The notes under the pieces were generated by a model, which worked only from the letters and a program-made list of their open reading frames with translations, searched no databases and was not told the DNA's origin. DNA of 24,000 bases, taken from NCBI RefSeq assembly GCF_007830125.1, contig NZ_VLLG01000003.1, positions 152,247 to 176,246 on the forward strand, read 5' to 3'. A program made the position numbers and the translations under genes. This DNA is from Chitinophaga japonensis (lineage in GTDB: Bacteria > Bacteroidota > Bacteroidia > Chitinophagales > Chitinophagaceae). Position 1 is the first letter of the stretch. Each line of letters begins with the position of its first letter. Shown one piece after another: positions 16,628-24,000 of this stretch.

Positions 16628-18514
16628 TTAGTGCTTCGCCCACCAGAGCGGGGTCAGTACGGCATCCGCGCCGTTCAGCAGGGACACTGCCTGCTCATAG
16701 CCGGCCGGGTTGCTGTTGGACAAGCTGCTGGGATACCGCAGGCGTTGCGGGAAGAACTGGATATTGCTGGTCATATAGTTGCCGGAGTTGAGCGCCGGCA
16801 GGTTAGGCAGCGGACGTTCTATTGCCGGGTTCTCGTAGAACGGCAGTCCCAGCCTGCGCTGGTCGTTCCAGGCTTCCAGCGGCAACCAGGGCACCTGCGC
16901 AATGAACTTCTGCGTGATGATCTTGGTCAACTGGTCATTGCGGGTATTGCCGCCCTTGTACAGGGTATTGGACGGGTACAGGATGTTCACGGTGCCTGCG
17001 GCGCCGGTGTAACCGTCCTTGTACGCCATGGCATGTGAAGCCGGCGGCTCCGCGGTGTGCGCCCAGCTTACGGAAGTACCGGCATTATTGTAATCCTGTG
17101 AAGTGAGATAGCTGCCCAGGTGCTGGCTAACGCCCCAGTAGTCAAAGCTGCTGGCAATACCTGCTTCATAGGCCGCTTGGGCAGTAGTGCCCGTGTTCCA
17201 GCCTCTTACGGCCGCTTCGGCCAGCAGGAAGTAAGTTTCCCAGGGTGCAAAGAAGATGCGCTGGGATTTGCTGTTCCTGAATTGCTGCGCCAGGCGGGGA
17301 TTGGTGCCGGGATAGGTATATAACTGGTTTTTGGCGCCTATCTCGCCCCAGTCGCCGGAGGTGGCGGCATTCCAGGTATAGGCGGCCTCTATATCACCAA
17401 AGTCAACGAATGTGCGCTTAGTGGTTTTTGCATCGTTGGTGTAGGTGGGATAGGGGGAGAAATCCGGGTTATTGAACTGGCCGGGAATAATGAAGGCTTT
17501 GTACGCGCGCGGGTCCATCACTTCATGCAGCCCGTCAAACCAGTAGCCGGCTACCGGGTCGTTGGTCATGGTGGTGATATGATTGGCAAAGCGCAGGCCC
17601 ACATAATCTGCCGGCTTGATGTACGTGTGCAGGGAATCCGGTAACTGGTCCGCAGAGGGAATGCCGCCCAGCCCGATGTACAGGTTGTTAAGGGTAGTGG
17701 ACAACAGTTGCGAATTCCACTCGCGGCTCATTACGCCGGAGAGGTCATTCCAGCCTTCTCTTTCCTGTACCTTGAAGATGTGGTCCGCTTCGGTGATCAG
17801 CAGGCCGGTGGCGGCGGCTGCTTCAAACTCCGCCTGGGCTTTGGCCGGCTCCACTTCCGACAGGCGCATGGACAGGCGCAGGCGCAGGGAGTTGGCAAAG
17901 CGTTTCCACTTTTCATAGTTATAGCCGTAAGCCGGGTCGTAGGCAGCGGGGCCGTCGGTTACGCTGGCATCAAAAGCGCCTGTTGCGTCCGTCAGCTCCT
18001 GCAGGATATAATAATACACATCCTTTACGCTGGAAAATTCCGGGTTTACGCCCTGGAAGCCGGTTACCGGTATAGGCCCGAAGTTGTCGGACATTTCGCT
18101 CATCAGGTAAGCGCGCCAGATGCGGGCCACCTGCAGCAGGTTGTGGGTATACGGCTGTCCCGTACCGGCAGCGATCTTTTTCTCCGCCAGTTCCACGGCC
18201 AGGTTGATGCTGTTCAGCCAGCCGGACACCTGGTTGTAGTATGCGGTGGTCCAGCCATCATCATAGCCGCCGCTGGACAGGCCGCCCTGGCGGTGCTGGC
18301 GCCCGGCGGTTTTCCAGTACAGCACAAAGGAACGTTCCGCCACATCCGGGTTCATCTGCGCCCCTATGATAGAGCCATTGATGGCGTATTCCACCTCTAC
18401 CTGGTCTTCACTGGCGGATTTCGGATCATTGTTGATCTCTTCAAATTTCGAGCATGACTGCATCAACAGCGTTCCCGCCAGCAGTATACATGCGCTTTTT
18501 ATGATGTTTTGCAT
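16628..18514 (-). CDS. SusD/RagB-family nutrient-binding outer-membrane lipoprotein (SusD-like_2 type)
   Basis: 628 aa. Lipobox LLMQS-C21. It lies 19 nt downstream of a SusC-type gene. The N-terminal FEEINNDPKS and overall TPR-like helical content are typical. It ends LTPLWWAKH. Confidence 0.88.
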   Translation of the reverse strand: MQNIIKSACILLAGTLLMQSCSKFEEINNDPKSASEDQVEVEYAINGSIIGAQMNPDVAERSFVLYWKTAGRQHRQGGLSSGGYDDGWTTAYYNQVSGWLNSINLAVELAEKKIAAGTGQPYTHNLLQVARIWRAYLMSEMSDNFGPIPVTGFQGVNPEFSSVKDVYYYILQELTDATGAFDASVTDGPAAYDPAYGYNYEKWKRFANSLRLRLSMRLSEVEPAKAQAEFEAAAATGLLITEADHIFKVQEREGWNDLSGVMSREWNSQLLSTTLNNLYIGLGGIPSADQLPDSLHTYIKPADYVGLRFANHITTMTNDPVAGYWFDGLHEVMDPRAYKAFIIPGQFNNPDFSPYPTYTNDAKTTKRTFVDFGDIEAAYTWNAATSGDWGEIGAKNQLYTYPGTNPRLAQQFRNSKSQRIFFAPWETYFLLAEAAVRGWNTGTTAQAAYEAGIASSFDYWGVSQHLGSYLTSQDYNNAGTSVSWAHTAEPPASHAMAYKDGYTGAAGTVNILYPSNTLYKGGNTRNDQLTKIITQKFIAQVPWLPLEAWNDQRRLGLPFYENPAIERPLPNLPALNSGNYMTSNIQFFPQRLRYPSSLSNSNPAGYEQAVSLLNGADAVLTPLWWAKH

Positions 18515-18533
18515 ACGATTCTTTTTTCAGCGA

Positions 18534-21500
18534 TTAGAAACTAACGGATAAGTTAAACAGGAAGGTGCGGGACGTAGGCACGCTGCCATTCTCAAAGCCA
18601 ACGGCATTGGTGCTGGTAGCGTACACAGATTCCGGGTCGATACCGTGCATGTGGCTGGATATCAGCCATACGTTGTTGCAGGAGAAGCCGATGCTGGCGC
18701 GCTGGATGGGCGTTTTTGACAGCAGCTTGGCCGGCAGTGCGTAGGACAGTTGCACATTCCTCAGGCGCACATTGGAGGCATCGTATATGTTTGCTTCCAC
18801 AATGCCCACGTTGTTGATACCGATACCGTTCACCCAGTATTGCTGCGGGGACACCGCCTGCGTATTGGGGCTGTAGGTTTTGGTATCCGCATCGTATACC
18901 ACACCATCTACCAAGATGTCTTCACGTTGCCCGTTTACTACCGTGGATGCCGCGGTACCGGTCCGCTGCATGGCAGACAGGGAGCCGGCAAACATCTTAC
19001 CGCCAAAGCGCGCATCTACCTGGAAGCCCAGGGATACGCCCTTGTAGTAGAAGGTGTTGGTAACGCCCAGTAAGCCGCTGGCCTGCTGGTTGCCCAGCCT
19101 GATCTTACTGGAAGTGGCCAGGGGCAGGCCGTTCTCGTTCACGATGATCTTACCGAAGTAAGGGCTGCTTTCATCGGTTACGCGCTGGTAGCCGGTGCCC
19201 CATATTTCGCCATACCGTTCGCCGGCTACGGCGTACACCTGCACGTCATCATAGCCACCCAGGGAGTACTGGGAAATACCTTGTCCTATTTCCTTCACTG
19301 TGTTCTTGTTGTTAGAGTAGTTCACCATCACATCCCAGGAAAGGCCCTGCGGCTTGTCCAGTACGCGGGCGTTCAGCATCAGTTCCACACCCGTGTTCTG
19401 GATGTCGCCGCCATTGATCTTTTTGGAGGAGTAGCCGCTCAGCGGGTCCATGGGAAGATTGATCAACTGGCGGGTAGCGTTGGATTTATACCAGGCTACG
19501 TCCAGGCCTACGCGGTTGTTGAACAGGCGGGCTTCCGCACCTACTTCTACAGACCGGATCAATTCGCTTCTTACATTGGGATCATAGAGCACGGCCTTTC
19601 TTTTCACAACGGTATTACCGTTGGGGTCTTTGCTCACTTCGTAGGTATTATACAGCTCATAAGGGTCCAGGTCATTACCTACTTCCGCGTAGGAGGCGCG
19701 CACCTTACCGTAAGATATCCAGGAAGGCGCTTCCCCGCCCAGGCGGCTGATCATGTCCGTAATGATCAGGGAGGTGCTTACAGAAGGATAGAAATAAGAG
19801 CGGTTCTCCTTGCTGAGCGCGGAGGACCAGTCGTTACGGAAGGTAGCGTCTATAAACCAGTAAGCGTCCCAGTTCAGTCCCAGGGTACCGTATACGGAGT
19901 TGATCCTTTTTTCCCGGAAGGTTTCAGTAACGGTCGGGTTGTTTTTGCCGTTGTTGATGGCAAAGAAATCGGGGATCTGCAGCTCGCCCGCATCGGCGCT
20001 CAGCTTGCTTCTCTTCTGCCGCATCAGGTTACCGCCCAGTGATACGGCGCCGCCCAGTTTGCCGAACAGGTTGTCCTGGTGAGCATTGATCAAAGCGCTG
20101 TAGTTGGTTTCGGTAAAGGTTTCCTTGCCGTTGCTGTAGCTGCCGTTAGCAGGTGAAGGGCTGCCGGCATATCTTTTTGCTTCAAAATTGGTGGTGTAAA
20201 TGTCCGCACCGCCTTTCAGTTCGGCGTTGAGCCAGGAGGTGAAGTCATATTTCACGGAACCGGCCATCAGGAAGCGATCCCTGGCATCTTCGTTCAGGTC
20301 GTACTGGGAGCTCCAGTAGGGGTTTACCCGGTTGCTGCTGCCATACCACAGCATTTTGCCGTTCTCTCTTTTAGCGGCGCTGAAATCTTCTATGTTCAGG
20401 CTCACGGGCAGCATGTACAGGGTGCTGAATACGTTGCTGCTGTTCACACCGTTCTGCGGCCTGTTCACGGCTTTGGAATTAATGTACTGCACCTTGGCGT
20501 CGGTGGTCCAGCGCTTGGCGGCGCCGAAATGGGATACCGCGCGGGTGGTCAGGTTGGTACGTGTAAGCTTGGTGCCCGGTATGATACTTTTATCATTCAG
20601 GTGAGTGATGGAAGTATACAGGGAGGTGGCCTCGCTTACCTGCTGCTGGAAGGACAGGGTGTTCTTCACGTTCACGCCTGTGTTGAGATAATTTTTCAGG
20701 TTGTTGTGCGCGCCCAGGCTCACATTTTTACCCTGCCAGTCCGTTACCTGCTGGCCGGTGATCTGCGGGCCCCAGCTCTGCTCGGAAATGGGATCGAACA
20801 CGCCTTCCGTGCCCTGCCCGAATGCGCTTTGCATTTCCGGCGTGGTAAAGGTTTCGGAAAAACCGAGCTGGGAAGAGTAGGTGATGCCCAGCCCTTTCTG
20901 TTTTTTACCGGTCTTGGTGGTGATCAGGATCACGCCGTTGCCCGCGCGGGAACCGTACAACGCCGCCGCAGCCGGGCCTTTCAGCACAGACATGCTTTCA
21001 ATGTCTTCCGGGTTGATATCGGCCAGGCCGTTACCCATGTCCCTGGAAGGGTTCCAGAAGTCAGTGTTCTCTGCCCCGGTAAAGTTATCCATGGGAATAC
21101 CGTCCACCACTATCAGCGGCTGGTTGGAGCCCGTGAGGGAGTTGTTGCCGCGCAGGACGATCTTGGAAGAACCTGCAGGGCCGTTACTGGAGCGGATCAC
21201 CTGCAGGCCGGCCACCTTGCCGGACAAGGCATTGGCCACATTGGACTCCCTGGCATTGACCAGCGCTTCGCCGTTCACTTCCTGGAGGGCGTAGCCCAGT
21301 GATTTTTTCTCGCGTTTGATGCCCAGCGCAGTCACCACCACTTCACCGAGGTTTTTGTTGTCGATCGCCATGCGTATGTCCACGGCGGTTTTGCCGGCTA
21401 CGGCTATCTCCTGTGTGAAAAAGCCGATCCCGGACAGCACCAGCACCCCGTCCGGGTTTACCTGCAGGCTAAAGTTGCCGGCGCCGTCTGTTACGGCGCC

Positions 21501-21650
21501 ATTCGTTGTGCCTTTTTCAATAACGGTAATACCAGGCAGCGGATTCCCTTCCGCATCTTTTACGCTTCCCGATATTCCCTGCTTATTTTGGGCAAATGCC
21601 GTAAGGTACAGGCATGAGAATAGCGATAAAAAGACCAGTAATCTTTTCAT
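18534..21650 (-). CDS. SusC/RagA-family TonB-dependent outer-membrane transporter
   Basis: 1038 aa. Signal peptide ending AFAQ. CarboxypepD_reg-like domain GSVKDAEGNPLPGITVIEKGTTNGAVTDGAGNFSLQV. Plug motifs VVVTALGIKREKKSLGYA, PLIVVDGIP and SVLKGPAAAALYGSRAGNGVILITTK. C-terminal aromatic residue (…LSVSF). There is no N-terminal STN/anti-sigma signalling domain. Confidence 0.93.
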   Translation of the reverse strand: MKRLLVFLSLFSCLYLTAFAQNKQGISGSVKDAEGNPLPGITVIEKGTTNGAVTDGAGNFSLQVNPDGVLVLSGIGFFTQEIAVAGKTAVDIRMAIDNKNLGEVVVTALGIKREKKSLGYALQEVNGEALVNARESNVANALSGKVAGLQVIRSSNGPAGSSKIVLRGNNSLTGSNQPLIVVDGIPMDNFTGAENTDFWNPSRDMGNGLADINPEDIESMSVLKGPAAAALYGSRAGNGVILITTKTGKKQKGLGITYSSQLGFSETFTTPEMQSAFGQGTEGVFDPISEQSWGPQITGQQVTDWQGKNVSLGAHNNLKNYLNTGVNVKNTLSFQQQVSEATSLYTSITHLNDKSIIPGTKLTRTNLTTRAVSHFGAAKRWTTDAKVQYINSKAVNRPQNGVNSSNVFSTLYMLPVSLNIEDFSAAKRENGKMLWYGSSNRVNPYWSSQYDLNEDARDRFLMAGSVKYDFTSWLNAELKGGADIYTTNFEAKRYAGSPSPANGSYSNGKETFTETNYSALINAHQDNLFGKLGGAVSLGGNLMRQKRSKLSADAGELQIPDFFAINNGKNNPTVTETFREKRINSVYGTLGLNWDAYWFIDATFRNDWSSALSKENRSYFYPSVSTSLIITDMISRLGGEAPSWISYGKVRASYAEVGNDLDPYELYNTYEVSKDPNGNTVVKRKAVLYDPNVRSELIRSVEVGAEARLFNNRVGLDVAWYKSNATRQLINLPMDPLSGYSSKKINGGDIQNTGVELMLNARVLDKPQGLSWDVMVNYSNNKNTVKEIGQGISQYSLGGYDDVQVYAVAGERYGEIWGTGYQRVTDESSPYFGKIIVNENGLPLATSSKIRLGNQQASGLLGVTNTFYYKGVSLGFQVDARFGGKMFAGSLSAMQRTGTAASTVVNGQREDILVDGVVYDADTKTYSPNTQAVSPQQYWVNGIGINNVGIVEANIYDASNVRLRNVQLSYALPAKLLSKTPIQRASIGFSCNNVWLISSHMHGIDPESVYATSTNAVGFENGSVPTSRTFLFNLSVSF

Positions 21651-21849
21651 AATCGTTGTTTGATAGGTTGATAATTAATTAGCAGTTAAATACGTAGAAT
21701 AACATTAAATGTTTGGTTGATTACATTGTCCCTTGTCCCTTCTCCTTGTTGTTTTACCTTATCATGTTGCAGTGTTTAGATCACATAATAGATACCATTG
21801 TTGACGTGTAAAAAATCGGGACCAATTTATGAATCGTAAAACGATTTAG

Positions 21850-21857
21850 CAAATTTA
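21850..21857 (-). promoter_or_regulatory. Candidate Bacteroidota -7 promoter box for the SusC/SusD operon
   Basis: The - strand reads TAAATTTG, an exact match to the Bacteroidetes primary-sigma -7 consensus TAnnTTTG. A TTTG lies 22 nt upstream (- strand, 21883-21880). This implies a ~190-nt AT-rich leader. No other exact match was seen in the 284-bp intergenic region. Confidence 0.35.
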
Positions 21858-21870
21858 TATTACAAAAGGC

Positions 21871-21914
21871 GAAAAAATGCAAAGCCGGTAACACATTTGT
21901 GCTACCGGCTTTGC
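21871..21914 (-). terminator. Rho-independent terminator of the alcohol dehydrogenase gene
   Basis: A perfect 12-bp stem pairs GCAAAGCCGGTA (21879-21890) with TACCGGCTTTGC (21903-21914). A further 3 bp can form inside the loop. On the - strand it is followed by ATTTTTTCGCC (A-run 21872-21877 on +). It begins 21 nt after the stop codon. Confidence 0.75.
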
Positions 21915-21934
21915 CACTGTACCTGTGCTGCTGT

Positions 21935-23092
21935 TTACGGCTTTAATATCACCTTTACGCAATCCTCTTCCTTATGCTTGAAAATATGATAGGCATGGGA
22001 CGCATCCTGCAAAGGCAGGCTGTGGGTAACAATATCATTCAGCGTTACTTTTCCTTCCTGCACCAGTGAGAAAAGATGATCGATGTGCTTTTGCACGTTG
22101 GCCTGCCCGAAGTGCAGGGTAAGACCTTTATCAAAGATGCGGTGAACGGGGAAGTTATCATACGGGCTGCCGTACACGCCCACTACCGTTACGGTGCCGC
22201 CCCGGCGCACGGCCCTGAAGCAAAGCTCCAATACTTTATCCGTGCCTTTTTCCACATTTACTACGGCTTTCATCCTGTCCATAAAGGAGCGCTCGGCTTC
22301 CATGCCCACGGCATCCACGCAAAGGTCGGCGCCGCGGCCGTTGGTCATGCTGCGGATCGCTTCCACTACATCTGTTTCATGCGGGTTCAGCACCTCCACG
22401 CGGTTGCGGTCCCGGGCCATCTGCAGGCGGTAGGGCAAAGGGTCAATGGCAATCACCCGGCCGGCGCCCATCAGCCAGGCTGCTTTCTGCGCCATCAGCC
22501 CTACCGGCCCCGAACCGAAAATAGCAACGGTTTCCCCGCCTTTCAATTGTCCCCAGTCAATGGCGGTCCAGCCGGTAGGAAAAATATCTGTCAGGAAAAG
22601 CACCTGGTCGTCCGTAAGATTGTCCGGTACTTTGCGCGGCCCGAAATTAGCGTAAGGCACGCGCACATATTCCGCCTGTCCGCCGGCGTAGCCGCCATAC
22701 ATATCCGTATAGCCGAAAAGCCCGCCGCCTTTGTTGTTCAGCAGGTTGCCGTCAGGGCCGTAGTATTCCGGGTTGGAGTTTTCGCAATGCGTTACCTGCC
22801 CGTGATTGCAAAAGAAGCAATGCCCGCAGGCTACCGGGAAAGGCACCACTACCCGGTCGCCCACGCGCAGGTTGGTAACGCCCGCGCCCACCTCTTCTAC
22901 AATACCCATAAACTCGTGCCCCATTACCAGGTCTTTTACCTGCGGGAAGAAGCCGTCATAAATATGCAGGTCGGAACCGCAAATAGCAGTAGCGGTCACC
23001 TTTAGTATCACATCTTCCGTGGCTGTTATAGCCGGGTCAGGTACATGATCAACGCTGATGTCGCCGGGTTTGTGGAAAACTGCTGCTTTCAT
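21935..23092 (-). CDS. Zinc-dependent medium-chain alcohol dehydrogenase (glutathione-independent formaldehyde dehydrogenase-like)
   Basis: 385 aa. Catalytic Zn ligands in AICGSDLH and GHEFMGIVEEVG. Structural Zn Cys cluster CGHCFFCNHGQVTHC. Rossmann motif IFGSGPVGLMA. Confidence 0.9.
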   Translation of the reverse strand: MKAAVFHKPGDISVDHVPDPAITATEDVILKVTATAICGSDLHIYDGFFPQVKDLVMGHEFMGIVEEVGAGVTNLRVGDRVVVPFPVACGHCFFCNHGQVTHCENSNPEYYGPDGNLLNNKGGGLFGYTDMYGGYAGGQAEYVRVPYANFGPRKVPDNLTDDQVLFLTDIFPTGWTAIDWGQLKGGETVAIFGSGPVGLMAQKAAWLMGAGRVIAIDPLPYRLQMARDRNRVEVLNPHETDVVEAIRSMTNGRGADLCVDAVGMEAERSFMDRMKAVVNVEKGTDKVLELCFRAVRRGGTVTVVGVYGSPYDNFPVHRIFDKGLTLHFGQANVQKHIDHLFSLVQEGKVTLNDIVTHSLPLQDASHAYHIFKHKEEDCVKVILKP

Positions 23093-23202
23093 ACTTGCAT
23101 GGTTTTATAAGGCCGGGCGACAAATACTATACCACGGGAATGGCCGCCTGGAACGCCGGCCGGCCATGTACACTACGGGCAAATAAATACGCACTGCTTC
23201 CG

Positions 23203-23601
23203 CTAACAAAAGCAGGTGATCCCCATTTTACGCGCTATGCCGGCAGTCCCGGCGGTGGTATACTGGTCCCTTTTCCACCAGTCCAGCCCGCCCATCAGCT
23301 CTTTTACCCGGAAACCCAGCCGGGCCAGTTTAAGCGCGCCCTTGGTAGAGGCATTGCAACCAATGCCATCGCAATAGGTCACATACAACACATCCCTGTC
23401 CAGGTGTGCGGTAGTGGCGGCGTCCATGGTACGGTGCGGCAGGCTGACTGCACCGGGGATATGCTCCAACTCGTAGCCTTCGGTGCTGCGGGCGTCTATT
23501 ACTATAATGCGCTCACCGTTGTTCAGCGCTTCAAACAGGTCGGCGGCATCCATTTCATAAGCCAGCTTGTTTTCGTAATGTTGAATTTGTGCAGACATCA
23601 T
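23203..23601 (-). CDS. Single-domain rhodanese-like sulfurtransferase
   Basis: 132 aa. IVIDARSTEGYELEHIPGAVSLP and the active-site loop region VTYCDGIGCNASTKGA followed by LMGGLDWW are typical of rhodanese-like domains. Confidence 0.8.
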   Translation of the reverse strand: MMSAQIQHYENKLAYEMDAADLFEALNNGERIIVIDARSTEGYELEHIPGAVSLPHRTMDAATTAHLDRDVLYVTYCDGIGCNASTKGALKLARLGFRVKELMGGLDWWKRDQYTTAGTAGIARKMGITCFC

Positions 23602-23667
23602 CTCAAAGTTTTTATGCCGGCAAAGCTAAGCAGGAGGAGGGCGGTCCACCAACTCAAAGAATTTATG
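23602..23667. promoter_or_regulatory. Repeated 15-mer CTCAAAGnnTTTATG plus palindrome ATGATCAT in the divergent rhodanese/LysR intergenic region
   Basis: Copies at 23602-23616 (CTCAAAGTTTTTATG) and 23653-23667 (CTCAAAGAATTTATG) share 13/15 identity and lie 51 bp apart. The second copy runs into the 8-bp palindrome ATGATCAT (23665-23672). LysR regulators typically bind divergent intergenic regions. Confidence 0.35.
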
Positions 23668-23725
23668 ATCATCATCGGGATTTTTAATACTGACCCAGGC
23701 CGGGAACTTGTAATTTTACCGCTGT

Positions 23726-24000
23726 ATGGAGATAAGACAACTGAAACTGATCAAGGCCATTGTGGAGGAGGGGAGCATTACCAAAGCCATTGACAAGCTG
23801 CACCTTACCCAGCCTGCTTTAAGCCACCAGTTGCGGGAGGCGGAGTACCAGTTGGGCGCTAAAATATTTCACCGGATCAACAAGAAGATGGTGCTGACAA
23901 AAGCGGGTGAAAAAGTGTACGCATTGGCGAATGATATCCTGTCCCGGATGGAAGATGCGGAAACGCAGATCCAAAAACTGATATACGGGGAGTCCGGCGA
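23726..24000 (+). CDS. LysR-family transcriptional regulator, N-terminal HTH part (3' end outside the window)
   Basis: Not in the ORF track because it runs off the window. My translation from the ATG at 23726 is MEIRQLKLIKAIVEEGSITKAIDKLHLTQPALSHQLREAEYQLGAKIFHRINKKMVLTKAGEKVY..., a canonical LysR winged HTH. It is divergent from the rhodanese gene. Confidence 0.85.
   Translation, partial: MEIRQLKLIKAIVEEGSITKAIDKLHLTQPALSHQLREAEYQLGAKIFHRINKKMVLTKAGEKVYALANDILSRMEDAETQIQKLIYGESG

Noticed and set aside
17708-21302. Several 250-aa-class + strand ORFs (17708-18457, 19281-20042, 20529-21302) opposite SusD and SusC.
   Set aside because: They are shadow ORFs inside strongly supported SusC/SusD coding sequence.
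21651-21846. A possible invertible-promoter (shufflon-like) architecture upstream of susC, with AATCGTT at 21651-21657 inverted relative to AACGATT at 21840-21846.
   Set aside because: The inverted repeat is only 7 nt, which is easily explained by chance in AT-rich DNA. The candidate promoter box lies outside the repeats, and no site-specific recombinase is encoded nearby.
23140-23167. A GC-rich inverted repeat ATGGCCG...CGGCCAT downstream of the rhodanese stop, considered as a terminator.
   Set aside because: It has a 7-bp stem with a 14-nt loop and no following T-tract on the - strand, so it is not a canonical intrinsic terminator.
22076-23793. A 309-aa + strand ORF opposite the dehydrogenase, and a 232-aa + strand ORF (23095-23793) spanning the rhodanese gene and intergenic DNA.
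   Set aside because: The - strand products have clear Zn-ADH and rhodanese motifs. The 232-aa ORF also runs across the promoter region and into the LysR start in a different frame.
1-24000. A search by eye for defence-island or mobile-element signatures: CRISPR-like spaced repeats, integrase, transposase, toxin-antitoxin pairs, nuclease or helicase ORFs, tRNA genes and abrupt composition shifts.
   Set aside because: None were found. The only composition anomaly is the AT-rich susC leader. Every large ORF is accounted for by metabolic, transport or regulatory families, so I do not claim a defence or mobile system in this window.

Overview
This window looks like a chromosomal segment from a moderately GC-rich member of the Bacteroidota. 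The evidence is SusC/SusD pairs, a hybrid two-component regulator, TAnnTTTG-type promoter boxes and no obvious Shine-Dalgarno sites. All product calls come from motif recognition in the supplied translations; no database search was run. Coding density is high, with 17 genes. (1) nt 2-11684, + strand: the distal part of a polysaccharide utilization locus (PUL). It holds a SusD C-terminus, a GH43-like enzyme, a fusion of a clan GH-A-like domain to an S1 sulfatase, a second S1 sulfatase, a GH5-like clan GH-A hydrolase and a 1349-aa hybrid two-component sensor/AraC regulator. (2) nt 11806-15747, + strand: a translationally coupled operon of poorly characterised families, namely YHS, DoxX, DinB-like, a fused NRDE(TANGO2-like)::ATP-grasp protein and a LysE-type exporter. 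I consider this the best candidate for an undescribed system, possibly ligation or processing plus export of a small molecule. That function is inference only. (3) nt 15645-21650, - strand: an AraC regulator and a SusC/SusD pair with no associated CAZymes, behind an AT-rich 284-bp leader. (4) nt 21935-24000: a Zn-dependent alcohol/formaldehyde dehydrogenase, a rhodanese and a divergent partial LysR regulator. Two clear rho-independent terminators were found. I saw no tRNA, rRNA, CRISPR array, integrase, transposase or recognisable defence gene.
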